DNA from: Eledone cirrhosa
Lineage: Eukaryota
NCBI GenBank assembly: GCA_964016885.1
Contig: OZ024743.1
Location: 324,136,001 to 324,200,000 of the forward strand
DNA length: 64,000 bases
Direction: 5' to 3'
The notes under the pieces were generated by a model. That model saw only the letters and a program-made list of their open reading frames with translations, did not search any database and was not told where the DNA came from. Of the stretch, positions 42,870 to 57,544 are shown piece after piece. Both the position numbers and the translations under genes were made by a program. Position 1 is the stretch's first letter; each line of letters starts with the position of its first letter.

Positions 42870-43142
42870 CTAAAGTCTGTCTTAAGCTAGACCTGTGCTA
42901 GACCGGTGCTTATCCCAGTTTCATGGCATGAAGCGACAGAGTACAAGACTCCCCACTGGGAAGGACACCAGTCCATCGCAGGGTTAAACACCCCAGCTAT
43001 TGCTGGTATTCATTTTCAACTGAGTATACTGGAGCAAAGTGTTTTGCTCAAGAACACAACACACAACCCAGCCCAGGATTCGAGCTCATGACATTAAGAT
43101 CATAAGTCCAACGCCCTTACCACTAGGCCATGTGCCTTCACA
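42870..43142 (-). mobile_element. tRNA-derived SINE
   Basis: Same family as 16310-16580 and 41975-42248. Confidence 0.8.
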
Positions 43143-43624
43143 TAGATATTGTAAGAGCAGGTGAAAAAGGAAGGTAGGCTTTGGGGTGGTATAAGGGGAT
43201 GAGGACAGGGGATGATTTCAGGCTTGTATTTAAACATGTAGTGTTGGCTGTGTGTGCGGGTCAGTCAATAGTGCTGATGTATGTGTATATGGTTGAGATG
43301 CAGCAACTGCATGTAGTGAAGGTGCATTTGTTGTGGGAATATATGAGTGTGTACAGTTGAGTGGTTGTGTTTATGTCTGTAACTGTGAGCATATGTGTAA
43401 CTGTATGTGTGTAGGTGTGTGATATTATGTGAGTGAGTGAGTGTGTGATAGTATGTGTGCGTGAGAGTCAGTGAGTGAATGTGGGTGTGCTGTAGTTAGT
43501 TGACTAATGTAATTTTGTTAATCAATACAAAGGAACCATATTTATGTGTGTGGGCCATTAATATACAAATGAGATAGAAACATGCAGTCATATTCATTAT
43601 CATATACAGAACATACAGTGTGTG

Positions 43625-43674
<50 letters not shown>

Positions 43675-43677
<3 letters not shown>

Positions 43678-43748
43678 GGTGTCCCCAAAATGTGTACACA
43701 ATTCAACAGCATTCTAAATATGTGTACACATTTTGGGGGGACACCCTG
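43675..43748. mobile_element. Tiny Tc1/mariner-type MITE
   Basis: TA|CAGGGTGTCCCCAAAATGTGTACACA...TGTGTACACATTTTGGGGGGACACCCTG|TA. Confidence 0.8.
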
Positions 43749-43807
43749 TATTTATATATATATATGTAAGTTGTGAGAAAAACCACAGACTCTCCATCTC
43801 AACTCTA

Positions 43808-43843
43808 CTTTTGAAAAGCAGAAGAACTGCGAAACCGGTAAAG
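43808..43843 (+). ncRNA. Minimal hammerhead ribozyme, U3-A8 variant
   Basis: CTT-TTGAAAA-GCAG-AAGAA-CTGC-GAAA-CCGG-TA-AAG, followed by AATAAA. Confidence 0.7.
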
Positions 43844-43930
43844 GAACCAAATAAATATATATATTTTTTAAAAATAAGACTCCAGTTGCATTTTTGATTT
43901 CATCTTTTTTTCTTTATATGTATGTATATA

Positions 43931-43967
<37 letters not shown>

Positions 43968-43971
<4 letters not shown>

Positions 43972-44172
43972 CACTCAGTACTCCTTTGGGAGCTCCTACA
44001 TGGACACACTAGAAGAGGAAGACCAAGGTTAACGTATGTTGATGCGCTAAGGACAGACACTGGTCTGTTGGAGACGCAGGACATGGTAGCGATAATGAGG
44101 GACAGAGACCGCTGGAGAGAACTCGTCCATGGATCTTGGGAATTTTACCCCCCTTAGATAGATAGAAATAGA
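43968..44172 (+). mobile_element. RTE family B 3' fragment with (TAGA)n tail
   Basis: LHSVLLWE...[12 protein letters not shown]...EFYPP*; homologous to 3615-3820. Confidence 0.9.
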
Positions 44173-44534
44173 TATATATATATGTATCATTTCATCATTT
44201 TCATTTTACGTCCACTTTTCCCTGCTTGCAAGGGTGTGACGGGAACTGATTCTGGCTTGATTTCTACAGCTGGATGCTATATGTATATATATATCACAAC
44301 AGTTGATGTTTCCATTGGTCTTTGTAATTGCTAATACTCTCTATAGGTCACAACTCCAAGTAGAAGTAGCAACGTGAAATAAAGTGTTTTGGCCGAGGAC
44401 ACACGCATCGCCCGGCCCAAGAATCGAACCACACAATTGTGAATCCAATTCTCTAACCAGTCAGCAATGTGTATTTATATATATAGGATCGATCGACTTG
44501 CATCAAATCGGACCGAGGAAACAATGTTTCCGTT

Positions 44535-44670
44535 GGTCTTTCCAGTACTATCTATCGGTCTTTCTAGTACTATCTATCGGTCTTTCTAGTACTATCTATC
44601 GGTCTTTCCAGTACTATCTATCGGTCTTTCTAGTACTATGTATCGGTCTTTCTAGTACTATCTATCGGTC
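44535..44670. repeat. 22-bp tandem repeat (~6 copies) inside a minus-strand SINE tail
   Basis: Unit GGTCTTTCYAGTACTATCTATC. Confidence 0.85.
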
Positions 44671-44807
44671 ACAACTCCAGGTAGAAGGAGCAACGTGAAA
44701 TAAAGTGTCTTGCTCAAGGATATAACGCATCGCCCGGTCCAGGAATAGAACTCAAAACCTCAAGATTGTGAATCCAATTCTCTAACCACTCAGCCACACG
44801 CCTTCAC

Positions 44808-44937
<130 letters not shown>

Positions 44938-45035
44938 CCAATGATGGCTGGCAAATCACTGATGAGGGACTAATTTTATAATATGTAACCCATGTGCAAC
45001 CACGCAGTATTCCCCTTTCTTCCCATGTTTTTCAT

Positions 45036-45070
<35 letters not shown>

Positions 45071-45930
45071 TATAGATAGATAGATATAAATATATATGTA
45101 TGTATATGCATACATACTTCCACTCAAATGATACATACCAAGATAAAATTACAAATACATACATGTTTACACATATATAAAATATATATGCATAATTACA
45201 CTTAATGTACACATGCTTATTATACACATACAGATACATACATTGACATGCACGCATAGATACACACACGAACATACACAAAACACTACAATATATTTCA
45301 CATACATGTGTGAATTATTATGATTTTGAATATCAATGAATATATAATTTGACCACCCCACTCTCATTTTCCAGTATATCAAACAACAATAATCACATAC
45401 TCTGCTATATATACTATAAATACATACTATAAAATACTATATAACACTATATAACACTATGGAAAAATGGATGTGAAAGGATGTTGATGATGATGATGAA
45501 TACTATTTAACAATATATAATATATAGTATATGATAAATAGTACTATACAATATTATGATATTTAGTACTATATAATATTATACAACACTATATAAATAT
45601 ATACTATATAATATTATATCATACTATATAAAACAATATGACACTATGATACCATATAACAATATATAATTGTTTCTACTTTAGGCACAAGGCCAGCAAT
45701 TAACCAGTGCATTACTGGTACTTTATTTTATTGACCCCGTAAGGATAAAAGGCAAAGTAAACTTCGGCGGGATTTGAACTCAGATAAAATTATATAGAAT
45801 TATATAATAATATATGATGCTATATAATATTCTGGAAGCACATTAAGAAATACCTTTAAAATATAGATTTAATATAATTCATATAATATTTATTGATATA
45901 TTAATCTAATATAAAGCACACAATCTATAT

Positions 45931-46503
45931 TACACCTCTCCAAGACAATGTCACTGGACCGAGACCTTTGGCGGTACTCAGTAACAGAGAAGACCCGCCT
46001 TACCTAAATACAAAGTAAAACCTACTACAGTCAGTAGGCATCTCTAACAAAATACACCCCCCGTCCCACCACCCCCACCCCAACCAAAACGCCCCTTTCA
46101 ATGCAAAGTTATGTTGGTGCCACAACATCCAGGCCGAAACAAATGAGATCGTGTAGGTGTCACGACAAAAAACACACAGTCCACGCTGTAATGTGGCCGT
46201 GTAGGCAACACGGTAAAAACCTCCCAGTCCCACACTGTAAATGTGGTTGATGTTAGGAAGGGCATCCAGCTGTAGAAAATACGCCAGACAGTCCACGCTG
46301 TAATGTGGCCGTGTAGGCAACACGGTAAAAACCTCCCAGCCCCACACTGTAAATGTGGTTGGTGTTAGGAAGGGCATCCAGTTGTAGAAAACCCGCCAGA
46401 CAGTCCTGTGCGAGCAAGACAACCACTTTTGCCTCAAGTGGGAAAACCCCCGTCCAAACCCATGCAAGCGTGGAACATGGACGTTAAACGATGATGATGA
46501 TGA
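45931..46503 (+). mobile_element. RTE family A 3' end with duplicated UTR segment
   Basis: Matches 8606-9182, including the UTR duplication. Confidence 0.92.
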
Positions 46504-49157
46504 CATATACATACATATACATACATACATATAAATATATATAGACATACATATACATAAATATATATATATATACATAAATATACATACATATACATAA
46601 ATATATATATATATACATACATATACATACATATACATAAATATATATATATATACATACATAAATATATATATATATATATACCTACATTTACATAAAT
46701 ATACATACATATACATAAATATATATATATATACATACATATACATAAATATATATATATATACATACATATACATAAATATATATATAAATATACATAT
46801 ATACATACATAAATATACATATATATATATACATACATAAATATATATATATATATACACATACATAAATATATATATATATATACATACATATACATAA
46901 ATATATATATATATACATACATATACATAAATATATATATATATACATACATATATATATATATATACATACATAAATATATATATATATATATACATAC
47001 ATATACATAAATATAGAAATATATATACATACATATACATAAATATAGAAATATATATACATACATATACATAAATATATATATATATATATATATACAT
47101 ACATATACATAAATATATATATATATATATATACATACATATACATAAATATATATATATATATATATATACATACATATACATACATACATATACATAA
47201 ATATATATATATATATATATACATACATATACATAAATATATATATATATATATATACATACATACACATAAATATATATATATATATATATACATACAT
47301 ATACATAAATATATATATATATATATATACATACATACACATAAATATATATATATATATATATACATACATATACATAAATATATATATATATATATAC
47401 ATACATATACATAAATATATATATATATATATACATACATAAATATATATATATATACATACATATACATAAATATATATATATATATATACATACATAA
47501 ATATATATATATATATATACATACATAAATATATATATATATATATACATACATATACATAAATATATATATATATATACATACATATACATAAATATAT
47601 ATATATATACATACATATACATAAATATATATATATATATATACATACATAAATATATATATATATATATACATACATATACATAAATATATATATATAT
47701 ATACATACATATACATAAATATATATATATATATACATACATATACATAAATATATATATATATACATACATATACATAAATATATATATATATATACAT
47801 ACATACATATACATATATATATATATATATACATAAATATATACATACATAAATATATATATACATACATATACATAAATATATATATACATATACATAA
47901 ATATATATATACATACACATAAATATATATATACATACATACACATAAATATATATATACATACATACACATAAATATATATATACATACATACATAAAT
48001 ATATATATACATACATACATAAATATATATATACATACATATACATAAATACATATATACATACATATACATAAATATATATATATACATACATATACAT
48101 AAATATATATATATACATACATATACATAAATATATATATACATACATATACATAAATATATATATACATACATATACATAAATATATATATACATACAT
48201 ATACATAAATATATATATACATACATATACATAAATATATATATACATACATATACATAAATATATATATACATACATATACATAAATATATATATACAT
48301 ACATATACATAAATATATATATACATACATAAATATATATATACATACATAAATATATATATACATACATAAATATACATAAATATATATATACATACAT
48401 AAATATACATAAATATATATATACATACATATACATAAATATATATATACATACATATACATAAATATATATATACATACATATACATAAATATATATAT
48501 ACATACATATACATAAATATATATATACATACATATACATAAATATATATATACATACATATACATAAATATATATATACATACATATACATAAATATAT
48601 ATATACATACATATACATAAATATATATATACATACATATACATAAATATATATATACATACATATACATAAATATATATATACATACATATACATAAAT
48701 ATATATATACATACATATACATAAATATATATATACATACATATACATAAATATATATATACATACATATACATAAATATATATATACATACATATACAT
48801 AAATATATATATACATACATATACATAAATATATATATACATACATATACATAAATATATATATACATACATATACATAAATATATATATACATATACAT
48901 AAATATATATATACATACATATACATAAATATATATATACATACTATATATACATACTATATATACATACTATATATACATACTATATATACATACTATA
49001 TATACATACTATATATACATATAAATACATACATATACATATATATATATACAAACATACATACATATACATATATATACAAACAAACATATATATATAC
49101 AAACATACATACATATACATATATATACAAACAAACATATATATATACAAACATATA
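46504..49157. repeat. 2.6-kb (TA)n-derived compound array with a ~24-bp ATATATATATACATACATATACATAA-type higher-order unit
   Basis: Visible directly. Confidence 0.95.
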
Positions 49158-51424
49158 TCATCATCATCAACGTTTAACGTCCGTGTTCCACGCTTGCATG
49201 GGTTTGGACGGGGGTAGTCCCACTTGAGGCAAGAGTGATTGTCTTGCTCGCATAGGACTGTCTGGCAGGTTTTCTACAGTTGGATGCCCTTCCTAACACC
49301 AACCACATTTACAGTGTGGGTCTGGGAGGTTTTTACCGTGTTGCCTACACGGCCACATTACAGCGTGGACTGTGTGTTTTTTTGTCGTGACACCTACACG
49401 ATCTCATTTGTTTCGGCCTGGATGGCGCGGCACCAACATAACTTTACACAGAACGGGGTGGTGTGGATGGGTTGGGGGTGGTGGTGGTGGGACGGGGTGT
49501 ATTTTGTTAGAGATGCCTACTGGCTGGAGTAGGTTTTACTATATATTTAGGTAAGGCAGGTCTTCTCTGTTACTGAGTACCGCCAAAGGTCTCGGTCCAG
49601 TGACATTGTCTTGGAGAGGTGTAAGTGTGTGATGTCGGAGTTTATCAGCTCGTCCCAGGTTTTTCTAGGTCTGCCTATTCCGTGACTACCGTCTATCTTT
49701 ATTGCCCTGCACTTTGTTATACAGCTATCGACTTTCATGCGCATCACGTGTCCATACCAACGTAGCCTTCTCTCGAGGAAACAACATCTGATCCCTCTTA
49801 TCTCTAATTTTATCCTTAGTTCGTTTATGCTTTGCTGTTCACGTATATTACTGTTACACATCCAGCGGAGCATGCAAGCTTCGTTCCTCTCTAGTCTGCG
49901 TATATCCTCTGCACACAATGCCCAGGTCTCACTGCCATGCAGCATTGCTGTTCGTATGCAGGCATCGTACAACCTGCCTTTCATTTTTAGGGAGAACCCT
50001 TTAGCAGATAATAGTGGTATAAGCTCTCTGAACTTTTTCCAACCAGTTCTGACTTTAGCTACAGTACTTTCAGAGCACCCTCCCCCCCTGCTGATTTTAT
50101 CGCCCAGGTAACGGAAGCTGTCCACTATTTCTATAGAACCCTCTGCGCAATTGAAAGAGCTAGTATTTTGTGGGCACTTGCTGCTACTTATTGCACCAGA
50201 ACACCGGCCACATGTAAAATCTATGTTCTTAGTTAGCTTACCTGTGATCCCACTACATCTTTTATGCACCCATACTTTGCATTTAGGACATAAAATGGAG
50301 TTTCTACCTACGCCTTTCCTACACACCGAGCACGACCATTTCCCAGAAGGGACCGCCGCCTTGTTTTCTTTCCTACAAACTAGAACTTTGGTCTTAGCCA
50401 GGTTAATTTTAAGTCCTTTTGATTCTAGGCCGTGCTTCCATGTTTGGAATTTCTTCTCTAGCTCGGCCATTGAATCCGCTATGAGTGTCAGGTCGTCTGC
50501 GTATAGGAGTTCCCATGGGCAGCCTGTCTTGAACTCCTCTGTTATAGCCTGAAGGGCAATAATAAATAGTAGGGGGCTGAGAACAGAGCCCTGATGGACG
50601 CCAACTTTTACGCTAAACTCTTCACTATATTCGTTGTTAATTCTAACCTTGCTGACTGTTTCTTTATACATGGCTTGTATAGCCCTCACAAGCCATTCGT
50701 CAACGCCTAGTTTTCTAAGAGCCCACCAGATAATGGAGCGGGGGACTCTGTCGAAGGCTTTCTCCAAGTCGACAAAAGCTAAGTAGAGGGGTTTACCTTT
50801 AGCTAGGTACTTCTCCTGTAGTTGTCGTACAATGAAAAGAGCGTCTGTGGTACTTTTGCCTGACACAAACCCGAACTGCATTTCATCTAGGTCAATTCTC
50901 TCTCTGATTAGTTGCGCTATTACTTTTTCCGTGACCTTCATGACCTGGTCGATTAATTTAATGCCTCTATAGTTACTCCTATCTAGGGCATCTCCTTTAC
51001 CCTTATAACAGTTAACGATGATGCTGCTATGCCAGTCCTTCGGAACAACCCCATTCTGTACGACTTGGTTAACTATGCGGGTGACCATGGTGTGTCCCAC
51101 CGTGCCAGATGCCTTCAGCATCTCAGCAACTATTTCCGAAGGCCCAGCCGCCTTACCCGTCTTCATATCCTTGATTGCCTTACTTATTATACTCCCCTCG
51201 ACTAACACTGCTGGTCCCTCTATTGGGTCGATATGGGGGAGACTGTCTTTCTCCCATTTATTCTCCTCATTTAGTAGCCTTTCATAGTGACACTTCCAAG
51301 CTACCTTCTTATCAGCGTCGGTGATGGCAAGTGTGCCATCGTCGTTTAGTACACACTTCTCCCCGACAATATCACGGTTTTCCTTGACGCATTGCCTAGC
51401 AATCCGGAACACCTCACGTTTTTT
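49158..51424 (-). mobile_element. RTE family A copy, 5'-truncated, intact RT (ORF 49547-51424)
   Basis: Near-identical protein to 847-2976 from [10 protein letters not shown] to EKTCLT*. Confidence 0.95.
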
Positions 51425-51489
51425 ATATAAACATATATATATAAACATATATATATAAACACACACATATATATATATATATACACACA

Positions 51490-53661
51490 AGGTATTCAAG
51501 ATTGCGAGGCAGTGTGTCAGAGATAGTTGTGATGTCATTGGAGAGAAGTGTATCCGGAATGATAAAGGTGAGCTTGCCCTCACAAGTGCTGAGAAGAAAG
51601 ATGCATGGAAGAGTCATTATGATAGATTACTAAATGAGGAGAATGCATGGGAAGAAGAGACCCTACCCCACGTAGACCCTATAGAGGGACCAGCAGTACA
51701 AGTCAGCGGCAGCGTAGTAAGTAAGGCAATCAGAGATATGAAGATAGGGAAGGCAACCGGTCCATCGGGTATAGCTGCCGAGATGCTGAAGGCATCTGGG
51801 TCTGTAGGTCACACTATAACCACACGTATCGTTAACCAGGTAATACTAGAGGGGGCCATACCAAAAGATTGGTGCAGTAGCATCATTGTCAACTGCTACA
51901 AAGGTAAAGGCGATGCACTAGATAGAGGAAACTATAGAGGTATAAAGTTGATGGACCAGGTCATGAAAGTAACAGAAAGAGTTATAGCACAGCTGATTAG
52001 GGACCGGGTGAATATAGACGAGATGCAATTTGGGTTTGTTCCAGGGAAAGGCACCACTGATGCGCTCTTCCTTGTGAGGCAATTACAGGAAAAGTACCTA
52101 GCTAAAAGTAAGCCACTCTACTTGGCATTTGTCGACCTTGAGAAAGCCTTTGACAGAGTTCCACGTGCAGTAATCTGGTGGGCTCTTAGAAAACTAGGAG
52201 TAGATGAATGGCTTGTGAAAGCGGTACAAGCCATGTATAGGGGAGCAGTCAGCAAAGTTAGGATTGGCAATGAGTATAGCGAGGAATTTAGCGTACAGGT
52301 TGGGGTCCACCAGGGCTCTGTTCTTAGCCCTCTCCTGTTCATCATAGTCCTGCAGGCAATAACGGAGGAGTTTAAGACCGGATGCCCATGGGAACTCCTG
52401 TATGCTGATGACCTCGCACTCATAGCTGAATCTATGGTAGAACTAGAGAATAAATTCCAAACCTGGAAGCAGGGACTAGAGAGAAAGGGCCTCAAAGTCA
52501 ACATGACAAAGACTAAGGTCCTTATAAGTAGACGAGAAAACAGAACCCAGATCCCCTCAGGGAAATGGCCTTGCTCAGTATGTAGGAAAGGTGTAGGTAG
52601 GAACTCCATTCTTTGCCCCAAATGCAAACAATGGGTACACAAGAGATGTAGCGGGATCTCAGGAAGCTTAATTAAGAATGTAGGATTCACATGCAGCAGC
52701 TATGCTGAAACAGCAAGCAAACAGCCACAGGAAACAAGTACCACCAATCTCTGGGAGGGCCCTGTAGAAACAGTAGACAGCTTCTGCTACCTAGGTGACC
52801 GAATTAGCAACGGAGGTGGGTGCTCAGAAAGTACAATAACTAGGGTAAGAACGGGATGGAAGAAGTTTAGGGAACTACTACCACTGCTAGCTGCAAAAGG
52901 CTTCTCCCTCAGAATGAAAGGCAGACTGTATGATGCGTGTATCCGAACAGCGATGTTGCATGGTAGTGAGACCTGGGCACTGAAGGTGGAAGACTTACGT
53001 AGATTAGAGAGAAACGAAGCCTGCATGCTCCGATGGATGTGTAACAGTAATATACGTGAACGACAAAGCATAAATGAATTGAGAGAGAGACTGAGCATAA
53101 GAGGAATCAAATGCTGCGTGCAGGAGAGGCGGTTACGCTGGTATGGACATGTGATGCGTATGAAGGATGACAGCTGCATAAAAAGGTGCAGAGCACTAGA
53201 AGTTGATGGAAACCGCGGAGTGGGGAGACCCAAGATGACTTGGGATGAGGTGATAAAAGCCGACCTTACCCAACTACACCTCTCAAAGTCAATGACACAC
53301 GACCGTGACTTCTGGCGTCACGCAGTAATACAGGGTACCCGACCTCCCATGGGTACATGCTGAAGCATATAAACAATATGCCCCCCCCCCCACCGCAAGG
53401 TGGTCGTGGAGGTGCCACGGCAAAAAAGCACCCAGCCCACACTGTAAAGTGGACGTGTAGGCGCCACGAAAAAGCACCCAGCACTCACTGTAAATGAGGT
53501 TGGTGTTAGGAAGGGCATCCAGCTGTAGAAATCAAGCCAGATCAGTTCCTGTATGAGCAAGGCATGGTCAGCCGACCAGACACTGCCCACAACAGGACAA
53601 CCCGTCTAACCCATGCTAGCGTGGAAGAACGGACGTAAAACGGTGATGATGATGATGATGA
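51490..53661 (+). mobile_element. RTE subfamily A2 copy, 5'-truncated, with 3' UTR and (GAT)n
   Basis: Diverged paralog of family A with the same architecture. Confidence 0.95.
51492..53363 (+). CDS. RTE ORF2 reverse transcriptase with PHD-like insert (last Cys changed to Tyr)
   Basis: Open from VFKIARQCV upstream of the tracked ATG at 51738; contains YADD, FCYLG and RRLRWYGH. Confidence 0.9.
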   Translation, partial: VFKIARQCVRDSCDVIGEKCIRNDKGELALTSAEKKDAWKSHYDRLLNEENAWEEETLPHVDPIEGPAVQVSGSVVSKAIRDMKIGKATGPSGIAAEMLKASGSVGHTITTRIVNQVILEGAIPKDWCSSIIVNCYKGKGDALDRGNYRGIKLMDQVMKVTERVIAQLIRDRVNIDEMQFGFVPGKGTTDALFLVRQLQEKYLAKSKPLYLAFVDLEKAFDRVPRAVIWWALRKLGVDEWLVKAVQAMYRGAVSKVRIGNEYSEEFSVQVGVHQGSVLSPLLFIIVLQAITEEFKTGCPWELLYADDLALIAESMVELENKFQTWKQGLERKGLKVNMTKTKVLISRRENRTQIPSGKWPCSVCRKGVGRNSILCPKCKQWVHKRCSGISGSLIKNVGFTCSSYAETASKQPQETSTTNLWEGPVETVDSFCYLGDRISNGGGCSESTITRVRTGWKKFRELLPLLAAKGFSLRMKGRLYDACIRTAMLHGSETWALKVEDLRRLERNEACMLRWMCNSNIRERQSINELRERLSIRGIKCCVQERRLRWYGHVMRMKDDSCIKRCRALEVDGNRGVGRPKMTWDEVIKADLTQLHLSKSMTHDRDFWRHAVIQGTRPPMGTC

Positions 53662-54820
53662 CATATATATACATATATACACACATATATATACATATAT
53701 ACACACATATATATACACATATATATATATATATACACACATATATATATATATACACACATATATATATATATACACACATATATATATATATACACAC
53801 ACATATATATATATATATATACACACACATATATATACATATATATACACACACATATATATACACACACATATATATACACACACATATATATATACAC
53901 ACACACACATATATATACACACACACACATATATATACACACACATATATATATATATATATACACACACATATATATATATATATATACACACATATAT
54001 ATATATATATACACACATATATATATATATATACACACATATATATATATACACACACATATATATATATATACACACATATATATATATATACACACAT
54101 ATATATATATATACACACACATATATATATATACACACATATATATATATATACACATATATATATATATACACACATATATATATATACACACATATAT
54201 ATATATACACACACATATATATATATACACACACATATATATATATACACACACATATATATATATACACACACATATATATATACACACATATATATAT
54301 ATATACACACACATATATATATATACACACACATATATATATATACACACACATATATATATATACACACACATATATATATACACACACACATATATAT
54401 ATATACACACACATATATATATATACACACACATATATATATATACACACACATATATATATACACACACATATATATATACACACACATATATATATAC
54501 ACACACATATATATATACACACACACACACATATATATATATATACACACACACATATATATACACACACACACACATATATATACACACACACACACAC
54601 ATATATACACACACACACACACATATATACACACACACACACATATATACACACACACACACATATATACACACACACACACATATATACACACACACAC
54701 ACACATATATACACACACACACACACATATATACACACAGACACACACATATATACACACACACACACACACATATATACACACACACACACATATATAT
54801 ACACACACACACATATATAT

Positions 54821-54859
<39 letters not shown>

Positions 54860-55504
54860 CACACACATATATATAATTTATATATGCACACACACACACA
54901 TATATATATATATACACACACATATATATATATATATATACACACACATATATATATATATACACACATATATATATATATACACACATATATATATATA
55001 TATACACACACATATATATATATATATACACACACATATATATATATATATACACACACATATACACACATATATATATATACACACACATATATATATA
55101 TATACAAACATATATATATATATATATACATACAAACACATATATATATATATACAAACATATATATATATATATATATACAAACATATATATATATATA
55201 TACAAACATATATATATATATATATATACAAACATATATATATATATATATATATACAAACATATATATATATATATATATATACAAACATATATATATA
55301 TATATATACAAACATATATATATATATATATATATACAAACATATATATATATATATATACAAACATATATATATATATATATATACAAACATATATATA
55401 TATATATATATACAAACATATATATATATATATATATACAAACATATATATATACAAACATATATATATATATATATACAAACATATATATATATATATA
55501 TACA

Positions 55505-55540
<36 letters not shown>

Positions 55541-55587
55541 AACATATATATAGATATATATATATATATATATACAAACATATATAT

Positions 55588-55628
<41 letters not shown>

Positions 55629-55700
55629 AACATATATATATATATATATATACAAACATATATATATATATATATATATACAGACACACACACAGACATA
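53662..55700. repeat. (TA)n/(CA)n/CAAACA compound array
   Basis: Visible directly. Confidence 0.95.
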
Positions 55701-56357
55701 ACAAAATATAATTCACAGTAAAACTGGTTTGAAAGATGAATAAATTCCTTTTTTAAATCATCACTGAACTACATATATGTAAATAAATTGTGTGTGTGTG
55801 TGTACATATCTCTTCAGTTGGTACCAAATTCTCTCCCTATAAACACATGTAACTGTACACACCTGCTGATTTCCAAATTATAAACAGAAAATGTATATAG
55901 AAAATGTATATAAAAATAAAATATATACTACACATTGAGTATAACATGAAAAATGCACACATGCCTGCCCACATCCAAATTATATATACACATGGAAAAC
56001 AATATAGACAGAGTGTATATAAAAATAAAATAAAATACATGTATATATATATATAAATATATATATCCTACCTATTGAGTATAACAATATCTTCCATCGG
56101 TGCCGAATTCTCACACATGTTGAGGTAAGAAAACCCAAACAAAGAATTTGTTGACAAGTATCTCCTCCGTGCGTAGGAATGTTGCAAACACTCAGTGCTC
56201 TTTGCATGAAGAACACCTTCTGTCTAGTAACGTAGTACGCCCCCTTCTACAGGCAAAATGGAAACACCCGGATTGTGAGGTTTATTTGTTTATATACATA
56301 TATTTATATATATAATATTATATATATATTATTTTTTTTAAAGCTCTTTCTATTTGT

Positions 56358-56402
<45 letters not shown>

Positions 56403-56854
56403 TTTTTTAAAGCTCTTTCTATTTGTATTGATATTTCATATATATATTTATTTATTTATTTTCTGAAGAAAAAAGGTTCCAGTGACTTTGAGGTTTCAGC
56501 ATTAATGCATCTCCAGGCTCTATATTATATGTGGGTGTGAATGTGCATGTATGCATGTGTGTATGTATTAATCACACCTTTTAGTCACAGACTGTTCACT
56601 AGGCAGTGGGACTGTTGAAGATAGTCCAAGAGGGGAAGTGGCTAATCTTTCACTGACCAACCACTAGCAGCTCTCATTGTTTATAGTTTGCTTCTTTCAT
56701 ATTTATTTATCTTTACATATAGATGTACATATATATCTATATCTATATATCCAGCCATTTATCAGTCTATCTATATATACCAGTGTCTCACTCTCCTACA
56801 CTTGTCTCTTTCTCTCCCCTTTTGCATCTGTATATACATATATAGATATAGATA

Positions 56855-56885
<31 letters not shown>

Positions 56886-57251
56886 TTATTTATTTAAATG
56901 TGTAAACGTTTACTATTGGGCTGAAAATCCATGTCAGTCAAATGTATAAGAGTGCAGCTCATGTTAAAGGTGTCTCTCTTTAAATTCCATGTCACATCTA
57001 CCATAGAAATATTCAACACAAAATCAGAGGTCAATATTCATCTAAGAGCCCACAGCAAGAAAAGCTAACATCAGATACAGGCTGATGGGTGCAATATAAT
57101 TAAGTGATTTGGCTAGGGTTCAATATATATATATATTTTAGTCAGGAGAAAGGAAAAACTCAAGAACCTTTCAGAGATCTCTAAGGCCAGACTAGTACGA
57201 AGGATAAAGTTATCTTAAAACTGAAGGCCTGGTCCAAAAGCTTGCAATAGA

Positions 57252-57294
<43 letters not shown>

Positions 57295-57544
57295 TATATA
57301 TTTTCTTCACGCACTTATTCTTATTCCTGAGAGGGTTGTCGGAATATAGATATACATATACATACATATATACATATATGTGTATATATATATCAGTAAT
57401 TATTTAGTGTTGTTCCAAGGTAAGGTTCTCATTAATTGAATACAGCATTGAATTTGGAATAGTTTGTTGGGAGTAAAAAGCAAAAAAAAAAAATGAAAAT
57501 GAAAAAGTACTACTTATGTTACATGTGTTGCTGATCAACAGCCT

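Noticed and set aside
46000-48942. 980-aa and other long YI/YM/HT-repeat ORFs (also at 26-832, 4115-7278 and 53542-55716)
   Set aside because: Translations of microsatellites that lack stop codons; not genes.
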